Program-made: the position numbers and the translations under genes
Assembly (NCBI GenBank): GCA_951406725.2
Contig: OX597832.1
Span: forward strand, 38,688,001-38,752,000
Reading direction: 5' to 3'
Origin: Octopus vulgaris
Lineage: Eukaryota
Length of the DNA stretch: 64,000 bases
The notes under the pieces: model-generated
The model's database searches: none
What the model saw: only the letters and a program-made list of their open reading frames with translations
What the model was told of the DNA's origin: nothing
Shown here: positions 14,112-28,834 of the stretch, one piece after another
Position numbering within the stretch: position 1 is the stretch's first letter
How the letters are laid out: each line of letters opens with the position of its first letter

Positions 14112-15060
14112 TAGGGTTGGCAACTAAGTTCCCGCCGTTTTTTTTTTAATTTTGGAATCTATTTTTTATTTTCGAGAATTCTATTTTTGAATCATTTTGG
14201 AATCTATTTTGTTTTTGTTTTTTTTTTCTATTTAATTTTAGTTAGACAAGGGAACTGGCAGAGAAAATGGAATGCTCCCACACTGCTATAGAGAAGCATC
14301 TTCACTCGATGGGAAAGGTTCAGAAGTATGGTGCATGGGTTCCGCATGCTTTAAATCAAAGAGCCGCTGGTTTGCTTGCTCGTCACCGCTCAACTCATGG
14401 ACACAAGCAAATTCCTTTACCGAATCGTTACTGGCGACAAAACATGTTGCCTCCACATCAATACGAATCAGCGTAAAGAATGGGTTAGCCCCGGTAAACA
14501 AGCGACACCGTGCGTGAAACAAGATCTTCATCCGCGTAAAGCGATGTGCGTATGGTGGGACTGGGAAGGGATTATCCATTACGAATTGCTTGAACGGAAC
14601 CAAACGGTCAACGTGGAACTCTATGTTCAACACGGCTATTCAAGGGAAAAGAACTAATCGGCAGCATGCAGTTCTTCTGCTGTACAACAACAGCCGCCCT
14701 CACATTGTCAATATGACCAAGGAAGCCATTCAAACACGTGGCTTAGATGTGCTGCCACACCTGTCGTACTCTCCTGATTTGGCACCAAAGGATTTCCACC
14801 TCTTTCGATCTCTTTCAAATGCTATGCGCGGAGTTTCGTTCAATACTGATGCAGTATTGAGAGATTGGTGGGATCAATTTTTCGAGTCGAAATCGGATGA
14901 TTTCTACCAACGAGGTATTGAAAATCTTGTTGAACGTTGGGAAGAAGTTGTAAACAACAAGGGTGAATATATTATTGATTAATTAGTTGTTATTTTTTAT
15001 TAAAACTTTTTTTAAATTTAATTTAAAAAACGGCGGTAACTTACTTGCCACAACCCAACA
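14112..15060 (+). mobile_element. mariner (DD34D) transposon, internally deleted and frameshifted
   Basis: TIRs agggttggcaactaagttcccgccgttttt / aaaaaacggcggtaacttacttgccacaaccc; WVPHAL, IVTGD and YSPDLAPKDFHLF motifs. Confidence 0.95.
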
Positions 15061-15092
15061 TATATATATAATTATATATATATATATAATTA

Positions 15093-15146
<54 letters not shown>

Positions 15147-15187
15147 CATACACACACCATAAACGCATAGATAGATAGGTAGATAGG

Positions 15188-15274
<87 letters not shown>

Positions 15275-15926
15275 CTGAGTAAATCAAAACTGGTTCTTCG
15301 AATATCTTCAATTACAAATCCAAAGAAAAGAAGAGAAAAGAAATAAAACATGTAACAAGGTGGATGGGGACCATTGACCAATATTGTAAGAATTTATAGG
15401 TAAACCCCTGTCAAGTCTTGTAATGATAGCATCACGACACCAGAGATATTGGTGTCATGTCTTATGGTTAAAGGAAAGAGACTATTTCCCGGTCAGCGAC
15501 ACGGCACTTCCTTAACAGTGATGGAAATATATGACAAGGTGGTTCTGGATGCGAGAGGTGTGAGGGAGGACCGAATATGATGGTGATAAAAAAATAATAC
15601 CACTAATGCTGTTATTACTACAACTACTGATACTCCTCTGCTTACTGCTGCTGACAACAACAACAACAACAACAACAATGACAATAGCAGCAACAACAAT
15701 AATGAAAATAATGATATAAATACTAGCGTAAAGTTGTGGTTGAAATTGGAATATTAACAGAAAACGAAATGGTAAAATACGGGGAGAAAGAGTTAATTGA
15801 AATTATGTGTGTATGTGTGTGCATGTGTGCGTGTGTATACTTACAAGTACCTATAAGAATATGTGTGGGTAGGAAGTTCACGCATTTTGGTATGCGTGCG
15901 TGTGTATGTGTGCGTATATATAAATG

Positions 15927-15974
<48 letters not shown>

Positions 15975-15988
15975 CATATGTATATGTG

Positions 15989-16042
<54 letters not shown>

Positions 16043-16976
16043 GTATATGTATATATATATATTTATATATACATATACATATATATATATATATATATAT
16101 AATTATTTACAGTCATATATCCATAAACATATATATAATGTTTATGTGTATACACACACACACACACAGAGAAATATATATATGTATCTATATGTGTGTG
16201 TATGATATTTATGCGTATATATGTATATATATTCATATGTGTGTATGTGTATGTGTGTGTATGTGAAAGGAAACATATAAATGTAGAAAGTGGAAGGTGT
16301 GAGTGAGGGAAAACGATAGAGAGAGAGAGAAAGATGGTGGGGAGAGGGATGGAGAGAGAAGGGGAGAGAGGGAGGGAGAGAGAGCTAAACTAAGAGAAAG
16401 AGAGATACAAAACCAAAGTGTGCAACTTCGAATCAGTGAGAAAAAAAGGTGAAAAGAACAAAATCAAGCGAAAGAAGGATAATTAATAGATAAAGAAATA
16501 AGAAAGGAGAAAAGGAAAAAGAGGACATAAAGAAAGGAAGAAAGGTGTGAAAGAATGAAAAAAGAAATAAACAGAAAAAAGAAGTTACAGAAGAAAAGAG
16601 GCAAAAAAAAGACAATGAATGGGGTGAATGGAAATAGAAAAAAAGGTGAGAAAAGAGAAAAACAGAAAAAAAAAATTAGGAGAGAAAGAAACAGAGAGAA
16701 TAAAAAATATAAAGAATATATTAAAAAAAGGGGGTAAAGTAAAAAAAATATGATTTGGATGAATCGAACGAACAAAAATAGAAAGGCGTAAAAAAGTATT
16801 CACAAAAAAGGTGGGAAAAGAAATGAAAGGAGAAGGAACGAAAGAGAGGAATGAAGATGGAAGGAGTGAGTGAAAGAGGTGAAGAAGGAAAGAAAGAGAG
16901 AAAAACAAAGGAAATGTGTTGGAATCAATGAGTCTAACGTTTTCTTCGTTGTGTAAATATGGATGTGTGTTTATAT

Positions 16977-17021
<45 letters not shown>

Positions 17022-17334
17022 TGTTTTTGCTGGGTTGTGTGTGTTATTGAGTGGTGTGTATGTGTGTACGTATGCGTGGGCTGAGCGTGTATGTAGATCG
17101 ATGTTTATATATATATATATATACATATATATATTGGCATTCATATAAATATACACGAACACAGGTATACACAAGGACACACACATATTTAGTTGTTTAC
17201 ATTCTTTAGGCATCACGGCCAAGAACCATGCTGCAAACATTTCTTCAATATACATACATACATACATACATACATACATACATACATACATACATACATA
17301 CATACACATACATGCATACATATATATATGTGTG

Positions 17335-17412
<78 letters not shown>

Positions 17413-17937
17413 CATATGTGTGTGTATATATGGAGTTGTGTTTGTGTGCATGAGTTTGCATCAATGTCTGTATATTGTCAGATAAGCGTATGATGTATGT
17501 TTGTATATCTCTCTCTCTATATATATATATGTGTGTGTGTGTGTATGTGTGTGTATGTGTGTGTGTGTGTGTGTGTATACTTATATATATATATACGAAT
17601 ATGTATCAATTTGTCCATAATATATATAAAACACACACACACACACACACACACAGAGAGAAGCATGAATATATATCTACTCTCACACACACACAAACAC
17701 ATTTCAATCTGCCTGAAATCGCCACAGGACAATTTCTAGTCCGCGTAGCCTACTTCTGATTCGGCACGAATGACATAGAATAAACCGTAAATGTCTTCTC
17801 GAAGAAAAAGAAGATGGGAGACGAGTAGAATGGAGGGTGCGGTGGGGTGGGGTGGGGTGAAGGAGATTGGTTTCAGAATCGGTGGGGGGAGGAGTGAAAT
17901 GGTGAGCGAAATTGGAAAAGAGACAAAAGGAAATGGC

Positions 17938-17968
<31 letters not shown>

Positions 17969-18130
17969 TGTATGTATGTATGTATAGGAATATATATGTA
18001 TAGATACATATGTGTATATACGGAGATATATATGTGTATATATATGTAATATTCATACACATATTATATACGCATCATATACATATCGGTATGTGTATAC
18101 ACGTACACATATACCCACATAAATGTTGAT

Positions 18131-18185
<55 letters not shown>

Positions 18186-18215
18186 CACCATCAACGTCTA
18201 ACGTCCAATATATCA

Positions 18216-18246
<31 letters not shown>

Positions 18247-18354
18247 CTCACACGCACACACGTATAGTGCATATGTGTCTGCTTGCGTATGTATGCACAC
18301 GCACACATACGCACATATATCCATATACATACATACATACATACATTCATGCAT

Positions 18355-18386
<32 letters not shown>

Positions 18387-18431
18387 ATATATACATATAT
18401 ATCTATGTATATATATGTATATATGTATATG

Positions 18432-18466
<35 letters not shown>

Positions 18467-18906
18467 TTATATACATAGATATATATATTTATATATACAC
18501 ACACACACTAAACCCACACACCTTCGTATGTACACACACACGCGCATAAAGAGGATTTGAGAAAGTAAATAAATAGCAAGATGCCAAGAATCTGCTTCTG
18601 CTAAAATAGCAAAAAAAACGGAAAAATCCTATGCCAGTGGCCTTTTATGTTTCCCACTATCGACTTGTGCAAAACCCGCTGAGTATGAAGATCAAGGCAT
18701 TTTGTCCTGAAGAGAATAGCTTCAGAACATAGCTTCAGCAACTTCATATTATTCCTTCCACACTCACACAGCCACTACGCACCCGTTACTCACCCATGCT
18801 AACCCTACACTTTCCTCTTCTACCCTTCATCTGTCTCTCTGTCTCTCTCTTTCTCTCTCTTCATATATATACAAACATACATACATATACATATATATAT
18901 ACATAC

Positions 18907-18960
<54 letters not shown>

Positions 18961-19010
18961 ATATATATGTATATATATATCTGTTACACTGCTTCCATTA
19001 AAACTCGTTG

Positions 19011-19050
<40 letters not shown>

Positions 19051-19202
19051 ATTTATGGTTCTTTCTTTTTCTTCTTCTTCCTCTTCCTACAATTCCTTCT
19101 CTTTCGTTCGTCTCCATTCATCATTCCAACACTGTTAAGAAACATGGAACGTGTTCATGTAAGAGTTTGCCAATTTCGTCCTGCGTTTAGAAATACACCC
19201 CC

Positions 19203-19233
<31 letters not shown>

Positions 19234-19332
19234 TCTCTCTTGCTTTCTTTCTTTCCTTTCTTTCTTTCTTTCTCTCTCTCTTCCTATACATACATACATA
19301 TACATATATATATATATATATGTATATATACT

Positions 19333-19365
<33 letters not shown>

Positions 19366-19474
19366 CCATGTATATATACATATATATACATATATATGTA
19401 TATATACATAAATATACATATGTATATAAACATACATATATATATGTATGTATGGTATGTACGTATGTATATAT

Positions 19475-19525
<51 letters not shown>

Positions 19526-20235
19526 TAGTAGGATCACACACATATATGTTCAAATTTTATGTTAGAGACATCTCAATAACGTAAACATTATCAATATCAC
19601 ATATATTGAGTATGCGATAATGTTTATATACATTTGTATATATTTATATAGGTATACACAATGTAATATCAAAGTCTGTGCATGAATCGCCAAAGAAGTA
19701 CTCAATACAAAAGTTGAATGAAGATGTTACGTAATGTTACAACTTTTTATACAGGTTAAAAACACCTTTGTTAAGCACAGAATAAGGATAAATAAAGACC
19801 ACGAATTGCCAAGCACTGACACAGAATTACATTCCGGTGGTATATTAGCATGTGTATATATCTGAGCAATAAATTGTAACGTCACAAACTGCCATTTTAA
19901 TTTTTGTAATTTGCCATATTCATATTTTTCTATACTTAACAATACATCCCTCTTTTCCTCTGCTTCTCCAGGCATGTTTAAAATATTTCTTTATATATCT
20001 TAGCAAATGTTTATATGTAAACATTTCGTTTATCCGAATTTGTTGCCAAAATGAGATATTTTTTCTGAGACAAATATTTTTTCATTTTAAGTTTTACTTC
20101 ACCTGAAGAAAACGCTTTCCGCCCCCCACTCCCGCCCCCTGGTGTGTAATTGGTTTACCCATCAATAAAAAAGAAACATGTCTAAGGCAGCTGTAGTGGA
20201 CCTCAACCCGTTCGTGTTCTTCTTTTATATATTCT

Positions 20236-20550
20236 TCTATTGTTTTACTTATTTCAGTCATTTGGCTGCGGCCATGCTAGAGCAACGCCTTTAGTCGAAC
20301 AAATCGACTCCCAGAACTTATTATTTGTAAGCCTTGTACTTATTCCATCATTCACTTTAGCCGAACCGCTAAGTACACACCAAAATCTGTTATCAAGCGA
20401 TGCTGGGTGGAGGGAGGGCAATACAAACACACGAACATACACATATATATATAAACACACGACGGGCTTCTTTCAGTTTCCATCTACCAAAATCCACTCA
20501 CAAAGCTTTGGTCAGTCCAAGGCTATAGTATAGGACACTTGCCCAAGGTG
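20236..20550 (-). mobile_element. SINE family Y, degenerate
   Basis: Reverse match to 13507-13929. Confidence 0.7.
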
Positions 20551-20632
20551 CGACGCAGCATGGCCGCAGTCAAAAGACCGAAACAAGTAAAAGAGCAAAA
20601 GAGGGTATATACATAAATATATTTGTATATTT

Positions 20633-20716
<84 letters not shown>

Positions 20717-21007
20717 CGAGTATGTGTGTGTGCGTGTGTGTGTGTGACTTTATTTTGTGACAGTCGTTCTCTCATCATACTATACTGTGTGCAACTTTAC
20801 ACTTTGACCTCGAACACTACAATGTTTTAAACCTTTCAATTTGGACATGAACTGACATCTTGTGGCAGTTTGAGGCGTAACTACACTTAACGATGACGTA
20901 TGGAACATCTTGAATATCTAGCAGCGAGTGTGAGCCTGAGTGTTTGTGTGTGTGTGTGTGTGCGTATTTGTGCATGGTTGTGTTTGCGTGCGCGTGTGTG
21001 CGTTTGC

Positions 21008-21038
<31 letters not shown>

Positions 21039-21106
21039 CGTGGTTGTATGTGCCCTCGTGCGTATATGGATGGGTGTGTCCGTGTGCATATATGCATATA
21101 CACGCG

Positions 21107-21149
<43 letters not shown>

Positions 21150-21217
21150 ATGTGTGTGTGTATGTATATATGTATATATATATAGAGAGAGAGATAGAGA
21201 GAGGAGGGAGAGAGAAT

Positions 21218-21311
<94 letters not shown>

Positions 21312-21485
21312 CTGATTGATTATTTGATTGATGGATTAATTATGCAAGAGAATTGATGTTACCGTTGTTGCTATCGTTGTGTTTAGTTTTGTTGTTGTTG
21401 TTCTTGATGGTGGAGGAGGAGGAGGTGGAGGGAGGAGGAGGAGGAGGTGTAGGAAGGAGGAGGGGAAGGAGGAATTAAATGTTTT

Positions 21486-21872
21486 CATCCAACAGTCTGG
21501 TTAGGCGACGCTGTGGGGTAACTCGGTGTAATTACACTACAGTGAGAAATTTTCTCCATGATAAAATACAGTGAATAGCTTCTTCGCGGGTTCAAATACG
21601 CCTCAAGTATATTTGAACTGGTAAAATGTTTTTATCTCTACATAATCACTGTTTAGCGTTATCCACCCGTAATTCATTTACGGTGAACCGCTGAACAGAG
21701 CAACCAATCATTGAACGATAACGGGAATATCATAGGAAGGACCTGTCTCTCGTGTCAGCTCGCAGCGTCATACTTTACAAGGTCTGCGGCTGAAGATGAG
21801 GTAAACACTCCGAGATGCATCCCACTGGCTGGTTAGGTGTAGCTGTGGGCTGACTTGGTGTATTTTCACCTA
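21486..21872 (+). mobile_element. Retrozyme/pLTR-like unit (~332 nt plus terminal direct repeat) with degenerate type I hammerhead at 21786-21825
   Basis: gcgg-CTGAAGA-t-gag gtaaaca ctc c-GAGA-tgca-TC/ccac; imperfect direct repeat catcc..ctggttagg..gctgtggg..ggtgta at 21486 and 21818. Confidence 0.6.
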
Positions 21873-21874
21873 TG

Positions 21875-21947
<73 letters not shown>

Positions 21948-22543
21948 GTTGGTTGAAAGCTCTGAACGAAGCTGCGCATAAACGTATGCCCGGTTGCATA
22001 AACAACTGCACATATTTTGTGCAGTGGAAACGCTTGTTGGTCGTATTAACCATAAAAATATACTCTATGATATTGTAGAATAAAAAGAAAGAAATTTTAA
22101 GGATGTACCAGTCTCCATATTCTCTAATGTTATTGCTTGTATGTATGTATGTATAGAGGGAAGAAGAAAGAGAGAGAGAGAGAGTGAGTGAGAGAGAGAG
22201 AGTGAGTGAGAGAGAGAGAGTGAGTGAGAGAGAGAGAGAGAGTAAGTGCTATACGATAAAATGGTTCTGAAGTTTGTTGCACGACTATGAGGTTCTGTTT
22301 TCAATCCCACTGCGTGGCATCCTGTTCAGACATCATTTTCGGCAACTTCAAGTTGATCCGTATCTTGTGACATGAACCAATAGAAACTGTACGGAAGCAC
22401 GCCGGTAGGACTGGACATGTAATCTTAAAGGAATAGCCTTGTAACACACTGTGTCATGCTGATTGCGAATAAGAATTGCGCTAAGGATACATGTGACTGT
22501 CTGTGAAATATTCAGCCACTTACAAAATATTTCATGAACAGAA

Positions 22544-22775
22544 GGCGGCGAGCTGGCATAGGCGTTAGCACGCCGGGCGAAGTGCTTCGCAGTATTTCGC
22601 CCGTCGCTACGTTCTGAGTTCAAATTCCGCCGAGGTCGACTTTGCCTTTCATCCTTTCGGGGTTGATAAATTAAGTACCAGTTACACACTGGGGTCGATG
22701 TAATCGACTTAATCCGTTTGTCTGTCCTTGTTTGTCCCCTCTATGTTTAGCCCCTTGTGGATAATAAAGAAACAG
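22544..22775 (+). mobile_element. SINE family X, full length
   Basis: Near-consensus match to 61208 and 62570. Confidence 0.9.
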
Positions 22776-23184
22776 ATAATTCACTTAACTGGACAACTGC
22801 ATCCCCAACGCTGAATTACAAAACTTACCATAACCCTAACCCTAACCCTAACTCTCCCCTTCCTTCTTTCCCTGTTCTCTCTGCCGCGCTCCCTTTCTCG
22901 CTCTCTCTCATCCTCCTTCCCTTCTATCAACTGCCCACAGGTGACCCGTGACTAATTTTCACATTTCTCTGTCTTTTCTCCTCGCTTGCTTTTCCTCATT
23001 CTATGCCCATTCAGGATTCTTCTAGGCGTTACCCAGCATTCTCGTGTTTGGCCGAAAGGCTGTATATACTCCGACTTCGTCTATCGTTTCAAATGACATT
23101 TGTCAAATTTTGTGCATCCATTTTGTATTTGTTTTGTTTGCTCGAACCCTAATACTCCGCAAATTTTGGGGGTGCCGCCGATAT

Positions 23185-23256
23185 ACAAAGTTCTCAGTCT
23201 TATCATTTTAGGCACGAAAGAGAATATTAGTATTTTTGTCGATAGCTGATGAAGAA
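23185..23256 (+). ncRNA. Degenerate non-circularly permuted hammerhead motif
   Basis: acaaag/ttttgt extra helix; ttctc(ag)TC vs GAAAgagaa; ttatc/gatag-CTGATGA; stem II decayed. Confidence 0.45.
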
Positions 23257-23583
23257 TTTGGATCTTTTATTATGTCAACCCTATGTGTACGTTTTGTATT
23301 ATTTAATGCATTTTCATATATATATATATATATATATATACTTTATTTGTGGGTTAAAAAGGCTACCAACGGTTTTGCGTAAAGAGACGTGTCTTTACAA
23401 TTTTTAAGTGTACCACATGCTCACTTCCATGTTGACAGATAGATAGATAGATAGATGGATAGGTAATGTTTATATAGTTGTACAAACGTAAATATATTAT
23501 ACATATATACATATATACATATAAATGCGTATACGTATTATGCATGTATCTATCTACCTACCTACCGTTCTATCTATCTATCC

Positions 23584-23621
<38 letters not shown>

Positions 23622-23625
23622 ATAT

Positions 23626-23664
<39 letters not shown>

Positions 23665-24186
23665 ATACATAATGCAAACATATATACACTCACACACGGA
23701 CGCGCGCGCACATATATATATATAACATATACATACATACATGTAAGAATGTAGGCATGTATGTATGTAATATAGCTTATAATACACAATCAGTATAAAA
23801 TGAGCGGCCATAAGAGGCACATAGATAGAAAGGTGAGAAGTGGGACAGTTATAGCAAGACGTGGATCAGCAGAAAGACGGATAAAATGATTGTAAAATAT
23901 ATACATATATAAAATATATATAAAATAGATGTATAAAATATATATGTAAATATATATCCATAATATATTATATATATATATATATATATATAAATTAGAA
24001 AAAAACACCTTTTATCAATTCAAAATGAACGATTAAATTACACCATCTAGAAATTGTTCATTTTGAACTGGTAAAAGGTGATTTTTCTAATTTTTATATA
24101 TATTTTATATTTTGTGAAATTTGATTTAGTATTTCTAAATTGAATTTTTCCCCTGTAAGTTAGGAATAATATTCCCACAAATAATT

Positions 24187-24245
<59 letters not shown>

Positions 24246-24572
24246 TATATTAAATTTGCAAAGGTATGAACGGAAGAAAGAATGAATGACAAGAAGTGAA
24301 GAAATGAGAAATGAGAGGCACCGAAGAAAGTTCATTGTGGGCGACGAAACAGTTGACGCATCTAAAAAGTGAGGGGATTAACCGGTGACATCTATATGAA
24401 TGCGCGCATGCATGTGTGTGTTTGTGTGTGTGTGTGTGTTTGTGCGTGTGTATACATGTATACTCATACATGTAAACACACACACATATATATATGTATA
24501 TACACAAGTTTATGTACATATGTATATGAATAGTTACATGCGATCTTGCATACACAAACATATGCATGTGAA

Positions 24573-24614
<42 letters not shown>

Positions 24615-24643
24615 CATGCATATATATATACATTTATATATCT

Positions 24644-24674
<31 letters not shown>

Positions 24675-24750
24675 GTATATATGTATATATATACATAAAT
24701 AATAAATATTTATGTATATATACACGTATGTATATATGTCTGTATGTATC

Positions 24751-24804
<54 letters not shown>

Positions 24805-24874
24805 TATATATATACATATATATATATACAGGTATATATATATACATACATACATATATATATAAATGCATATA

Positions 24875-24907
<33 letters not shown>

Positions 24908-25568
24908 CATATACACGCATCTATACATATATGTACATACATACGTAGATATACTGGCAAAGACATTAGATGATTTATGCAAAGAAAAATTGGTTTCGTG
25001 TAACGTAACTTGTAAGGGCGAACGGTGGATAAAACATCTTGTGATCTATCTTAATATCTGATCTTAACTCTCAAGTCCATGTCTCAAGCAAAACGTTTAT
25101 TACTTTAAGAAATGCTGACCTTTGACACTAAAACACCATATCATAATTACATAGGGCCTCTTATTCGCTCTTATCTCTGTTTTCTATCAAGCATCTGAAC
25201 AGTTTTCTCCCCTTCCCGCTGTGAAACTCTCCTATGTTTAGAAAACAACATTCTTTCGCCAAAACTATCTCCTGCTTCACAACAACATCATTGCTTTTTA
25301 TGTGTTTCTGAAAAGTTCAGTCTCTCTCTCTTCACTCACTCACTCCCTCTTTATATTACTCTCTCTCTCTCTCTTTTCCCACTCCCTTTGTATCCCTCTT
25401 TCTTTCTCTTTACTTGATTTATTTCTCCTTCTTTAAGAAGTATGCAGCATTTTGTGTGCGCGCCTTATAGACTAACACGCACACATATGTCTTTATCGAC
25501 ACACACACAAAATATACATATACACACACAAATATCTTTATAGACACATGACAGATATATACATATAC

Positions 25569-25690
<122 letters not shown>

Positions 25691-26214
25691 GGATATACAT
25701 ACACACACACACACACAAACACACACACTCACGAAATTATATATACATATGTACGTGTGAGGTTACTTCATTAAATAAACGACTGTGTTCAAGTTTTATA
25801 TCCATTTCAGAATTTTTTTATTTTGTCTATTTTACAGCGAGTTTGGAACAAAACCGTTTTCAAATTCATGTTCGAACCCGCCATACCGTTACAATCTCAT
25901 TTTCAAGAATTCAATATTTGTTGCCTTCAGTGTTGTTTCATACAAATTGGTTGAATCTCATGTAGACTCACAAACCAACAGTCACGTGTTGATCTACTTT
26001 TTGTGCTCCCTATGCTTGCCCATAAGATTTTCATGGCAGTACACACGTATCAAGTTTTCGATGCGTACCGGTCATTTGTGCATTTATTCGTGAAGTGTAT
26101 TGCGTTGTGAATATGGCTTCCATGAATCTTCTATTTTCACCCTGAATTTTAAAGAGTATTTAAGTATTATCCTGTTGTATTTTCTCTAATTTCGTTTTCT
26201 GTATATAGTATAGT

Positions 26215-26547
26215 GTTTGGCGATAGAACTCCTTCGGTCATGAATGACCATGGGATTGCACCTAGAAAGTTAACCTCCGAGACACAAGTCCAAGCAAGGT
26301 TGTTTATAGAAGTCGCCTATGCATGTCAATTTCTCCTCCCCATGCCATTGATGTTATCCAAAGGAAAGGCAAATGTCTCTAAAACTTGGCACCAGTGTAG
26401 TCACGATTCATTTCTACAGCTGAGTGAACTGAAGCAATGTGAAATGAAGTGTCTTGCTGAAGAACACAACACACAGCCCGGTCCGGCAATCGAACTCACT
26501 ATCTCATGATTTCGAGCTCGACACTCTAGCCACTGAGCCATGCACCT
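26215..26547 (-). mobile_element. SINE family Z-like head with an RTE-like tail
   Basis: Minus ggaggtgcatggctcagtgg...agttcgattgcc...cacttcatttcac. Confidence 0.65.
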
Positions 26548-26813
26548 CCTATCATAACTGCATGGTGTGCCTACGAGAGGATGTTGTACAAGTATGTCCA
26601 GTGTTATTCCTGATGTCAAGAAGTTTTCAACTTTCAGTTTAGCAGGTGAATTTACAGATTACATTGGTCATTTCTACAATGTTCTTGGGTTTACATGTAT
26701 GAGAAGTGTAATTGATAAGGATGCACTGAGTTTGGTGCTTATGTGATATATTATTCGTTTTAAGTGTATACGCCGGTTGGAGATATAAGTATACGTACGT
26801 GTCTATGTACGCA

Positions 26814-26894
<81 letters not shown>

Positions 26895-27056
26895 GTGTGT
26901 GTGATTGTGTATAGAAGAATATATTAATAAAAAGAATTCCAACCTTGTCTGATTTTCACGTTTTATTTACAATCTTATAATGATATATTATAAGATAATA
27001 TATTATAATTGAATAAAATAAAATGAAATAGTAGAATGTTAAATATTCATTCTGAT

Positions 27057-27101
27057 TGAACTAGTACTTTCATGCATTGAATTCTGCAATCTTCGGGTTC
27101 A
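27057..27101 (-). ncRNA. Minimal type I hammerhead in the PLE 3' pLTR
   Basis: Minus: tgaac-CCGAAGA-t-tgca gaattcaa tgca-t-GAAA-gtac-TA/gttca; 5-bp stem I, palindromic AGTACT. Confidence 0.75.
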
Positions 27102-27595
27102 TGTAGTAGTGTTGACAGTCATGCTTCACAATTTTTGACTGTAGCAAGATGAGTGATTCTGTGCTATAAATACAGCTGGGTAGGCTCCAGAGTGCTAGGT
27201 TTTGCAAACTGTATTCTGACCAATCAGTGTGTAGTATCACTCAATTACTTAAGCTGATTGGTTGGTTGAGCTGATTGGTTTAGGCATCACGCTTTGTTGG
27301 ACAGGTCAAGAGTCCTGTATCTTGACCCTGGCCGAAGCAGCAATTGTTGGGTTATTTTTAGAAATGTTGTAAATATCCTTTGTCAGAGATTTTTATATTT
27401 TTATATTTCAATTGTCATCATCATCATTGTCAGCACCTTAATTATTGTTGCTAGTGGTGATGGTGGTGGCAATAGAACTTTTAACCCTAAATAAGATAAT
27501 TTTCCTGCTATCTTCGTCTTGATCACCTTTAGTATTGTTGTTGTTGTTAGTGGTCATGGTCGTAGCAGTGGAAGTAATACCTCTAAGTATTATTA

Positions 27596-28735
27596 TTATT
27601 GCTTATTTAGCTTGGGTTCGAATTTATCAATAAAATTCTTTTCTCTGATTTTCCTCTCGATTTCACTTGGGCTGTGTAATTTGTAGAATGGAAATATTAT
27701 ATATATTTTCCGACCACATGTTGCTAGGTGGTTACTCAAAGGTATCTGACGGACCTCTGGGTCTCTAATCTGTTGCCGGTGTACACGTGAGCGTTCTAAT
27801 AGTGCGTTTCCCGTCTGACCTACATATATTTCTTCACAATTTGGGCATTTGATGCAGTAAATTAAATTTCTGCTTTTGCAGTTCATATTCGCGTTTGTGA
27901 ATATTTTCCCGGTTTTTGTGTTTATATATTGACCGGTATGTATGAATTGGCATGTGCCACATCGGCTATCATTGCATTTAGATACCGTGAATGTTTGGTC
28001 TTTGTTGCTGAGGTCAAATTTTGCCTTTGTTAGTAATGTTTTCAAGTTTTTAGGCTGTCTTTTACTAAGCACCATAGCTCGATCCTTGATTATGTCTTTT
28101 AATTCATTACTTTGGGCAATGATTGGTAGGTTTGCTTTGGCAATGTTGAAGATATTCTGGTGACATGGGTTGTGTGTCACTATGAATGGTATGACTTGTT
28201 CTTGTTTTCCTCTTCCTTGGGTTGTCCTAAGTTGTTGTATAGGTATTTTTATAGCCCGCTGTATGCCATTTTCTATAAGTAGAGATGGGTATTTTTGTTT
28301 GAGCAAAAATTCTCTTAGTTCTATTAGGCGTTTGTTCCTGATATTTGCATCTTCTACAATAGTACAAATTCTTCTGGCTAGGCAGTATGGGATGTTACGT
28401 TTTGTATGTGGTGGATGGCACGACTTAAAATTTAGGTATTGATGTGTGTCTGTGTGTTTATAGTATATATCTGTGGTGATGGTGGTGTCTTTTTTAATTA
28501 CCATTATATCCAGGAATGGTAATTTGGTACTACTCATCTCCTTTGTAAATTTGAGAGATGGGTGTAGGTTGTTCAGGAGGATATTGAACTCTTCCAGAGT
28601 ATTTAGAGATTCTGTCCAGATTATGAAACAGTCGTCTAGGTATCTCTTCCATGCCTTTTCAATATACTTTCTAAATCCAGTGCCATAGTTTACCTCCACC
28701 TCTTGGTAGAGTTGTTCTTCTAAGTATCCCATTAC
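27596..28735 (-). CDS. PLE reverse transcriptase (C-terminal half) + Cys linker + GIY-YIG endonuclease, uninterrupted frame
   Basis: WKRYLDDCF, LPFLD, IYYKHTDTH, CNDSRCGTC linker, LIYCIKCPNCEEIYVGQT, and a terminal E..PKLN motif. Confidence 0.95.
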   Translation of the reverse strand, partial: VMGYLEEQLYQEVEVNYGTGFRKYIEKAWKRYLDDCFIIWTESLNTLEEFNILLNNLHPSLKFTKEMSSTKLPFLDIMVIKKDTTITTDIYYKHTDTHQYLNFKSCHPPHTKRNIPYCLARRICTIVEDANIRNKRLIELREFLLKQKYPSLLIENGIQRAIKIPIQQLRTTQGRGKQEQVIPFIVTHNPCHQNIFNIAKANLPIIAQSNELKDIIKDRAMVLSKRQPKNLKTLLTKAKFDLSNKDQTFTVSKCNDSRCGTCQFIHTGQYINTKTGKIFTNANMNCKSRNLIYCIKCPNCEEIYVGQTGNALLERSRVHRQQIRDPEVRQIPLSNHLATCGRKIYIIFPFYKLHSPSEIERKIREKNFIDKFEPKLNKQ

Positions 28736-28800
<65 letters not shown>

Positions 28801-28834
28801 TTGATCAAAATAAAAACATGATGCCAAGGATTCA

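Larger units (their letters stand above)
26893..28735 (-). mobile_element. Penelope-like retroelement (Neptune-type), 5'-truncated, with 3' pLTR
   Basis: RT + GIY-YIG ORF, a downstream hammerhead, both ends in (TA)n. Confidence 0.9.

Noticed and set aside
22831-22852. (TAACCC)3-4 telomeric repeat
   Set aside because: Too short to indicate a telomere or fusion; likely part of a repeat element
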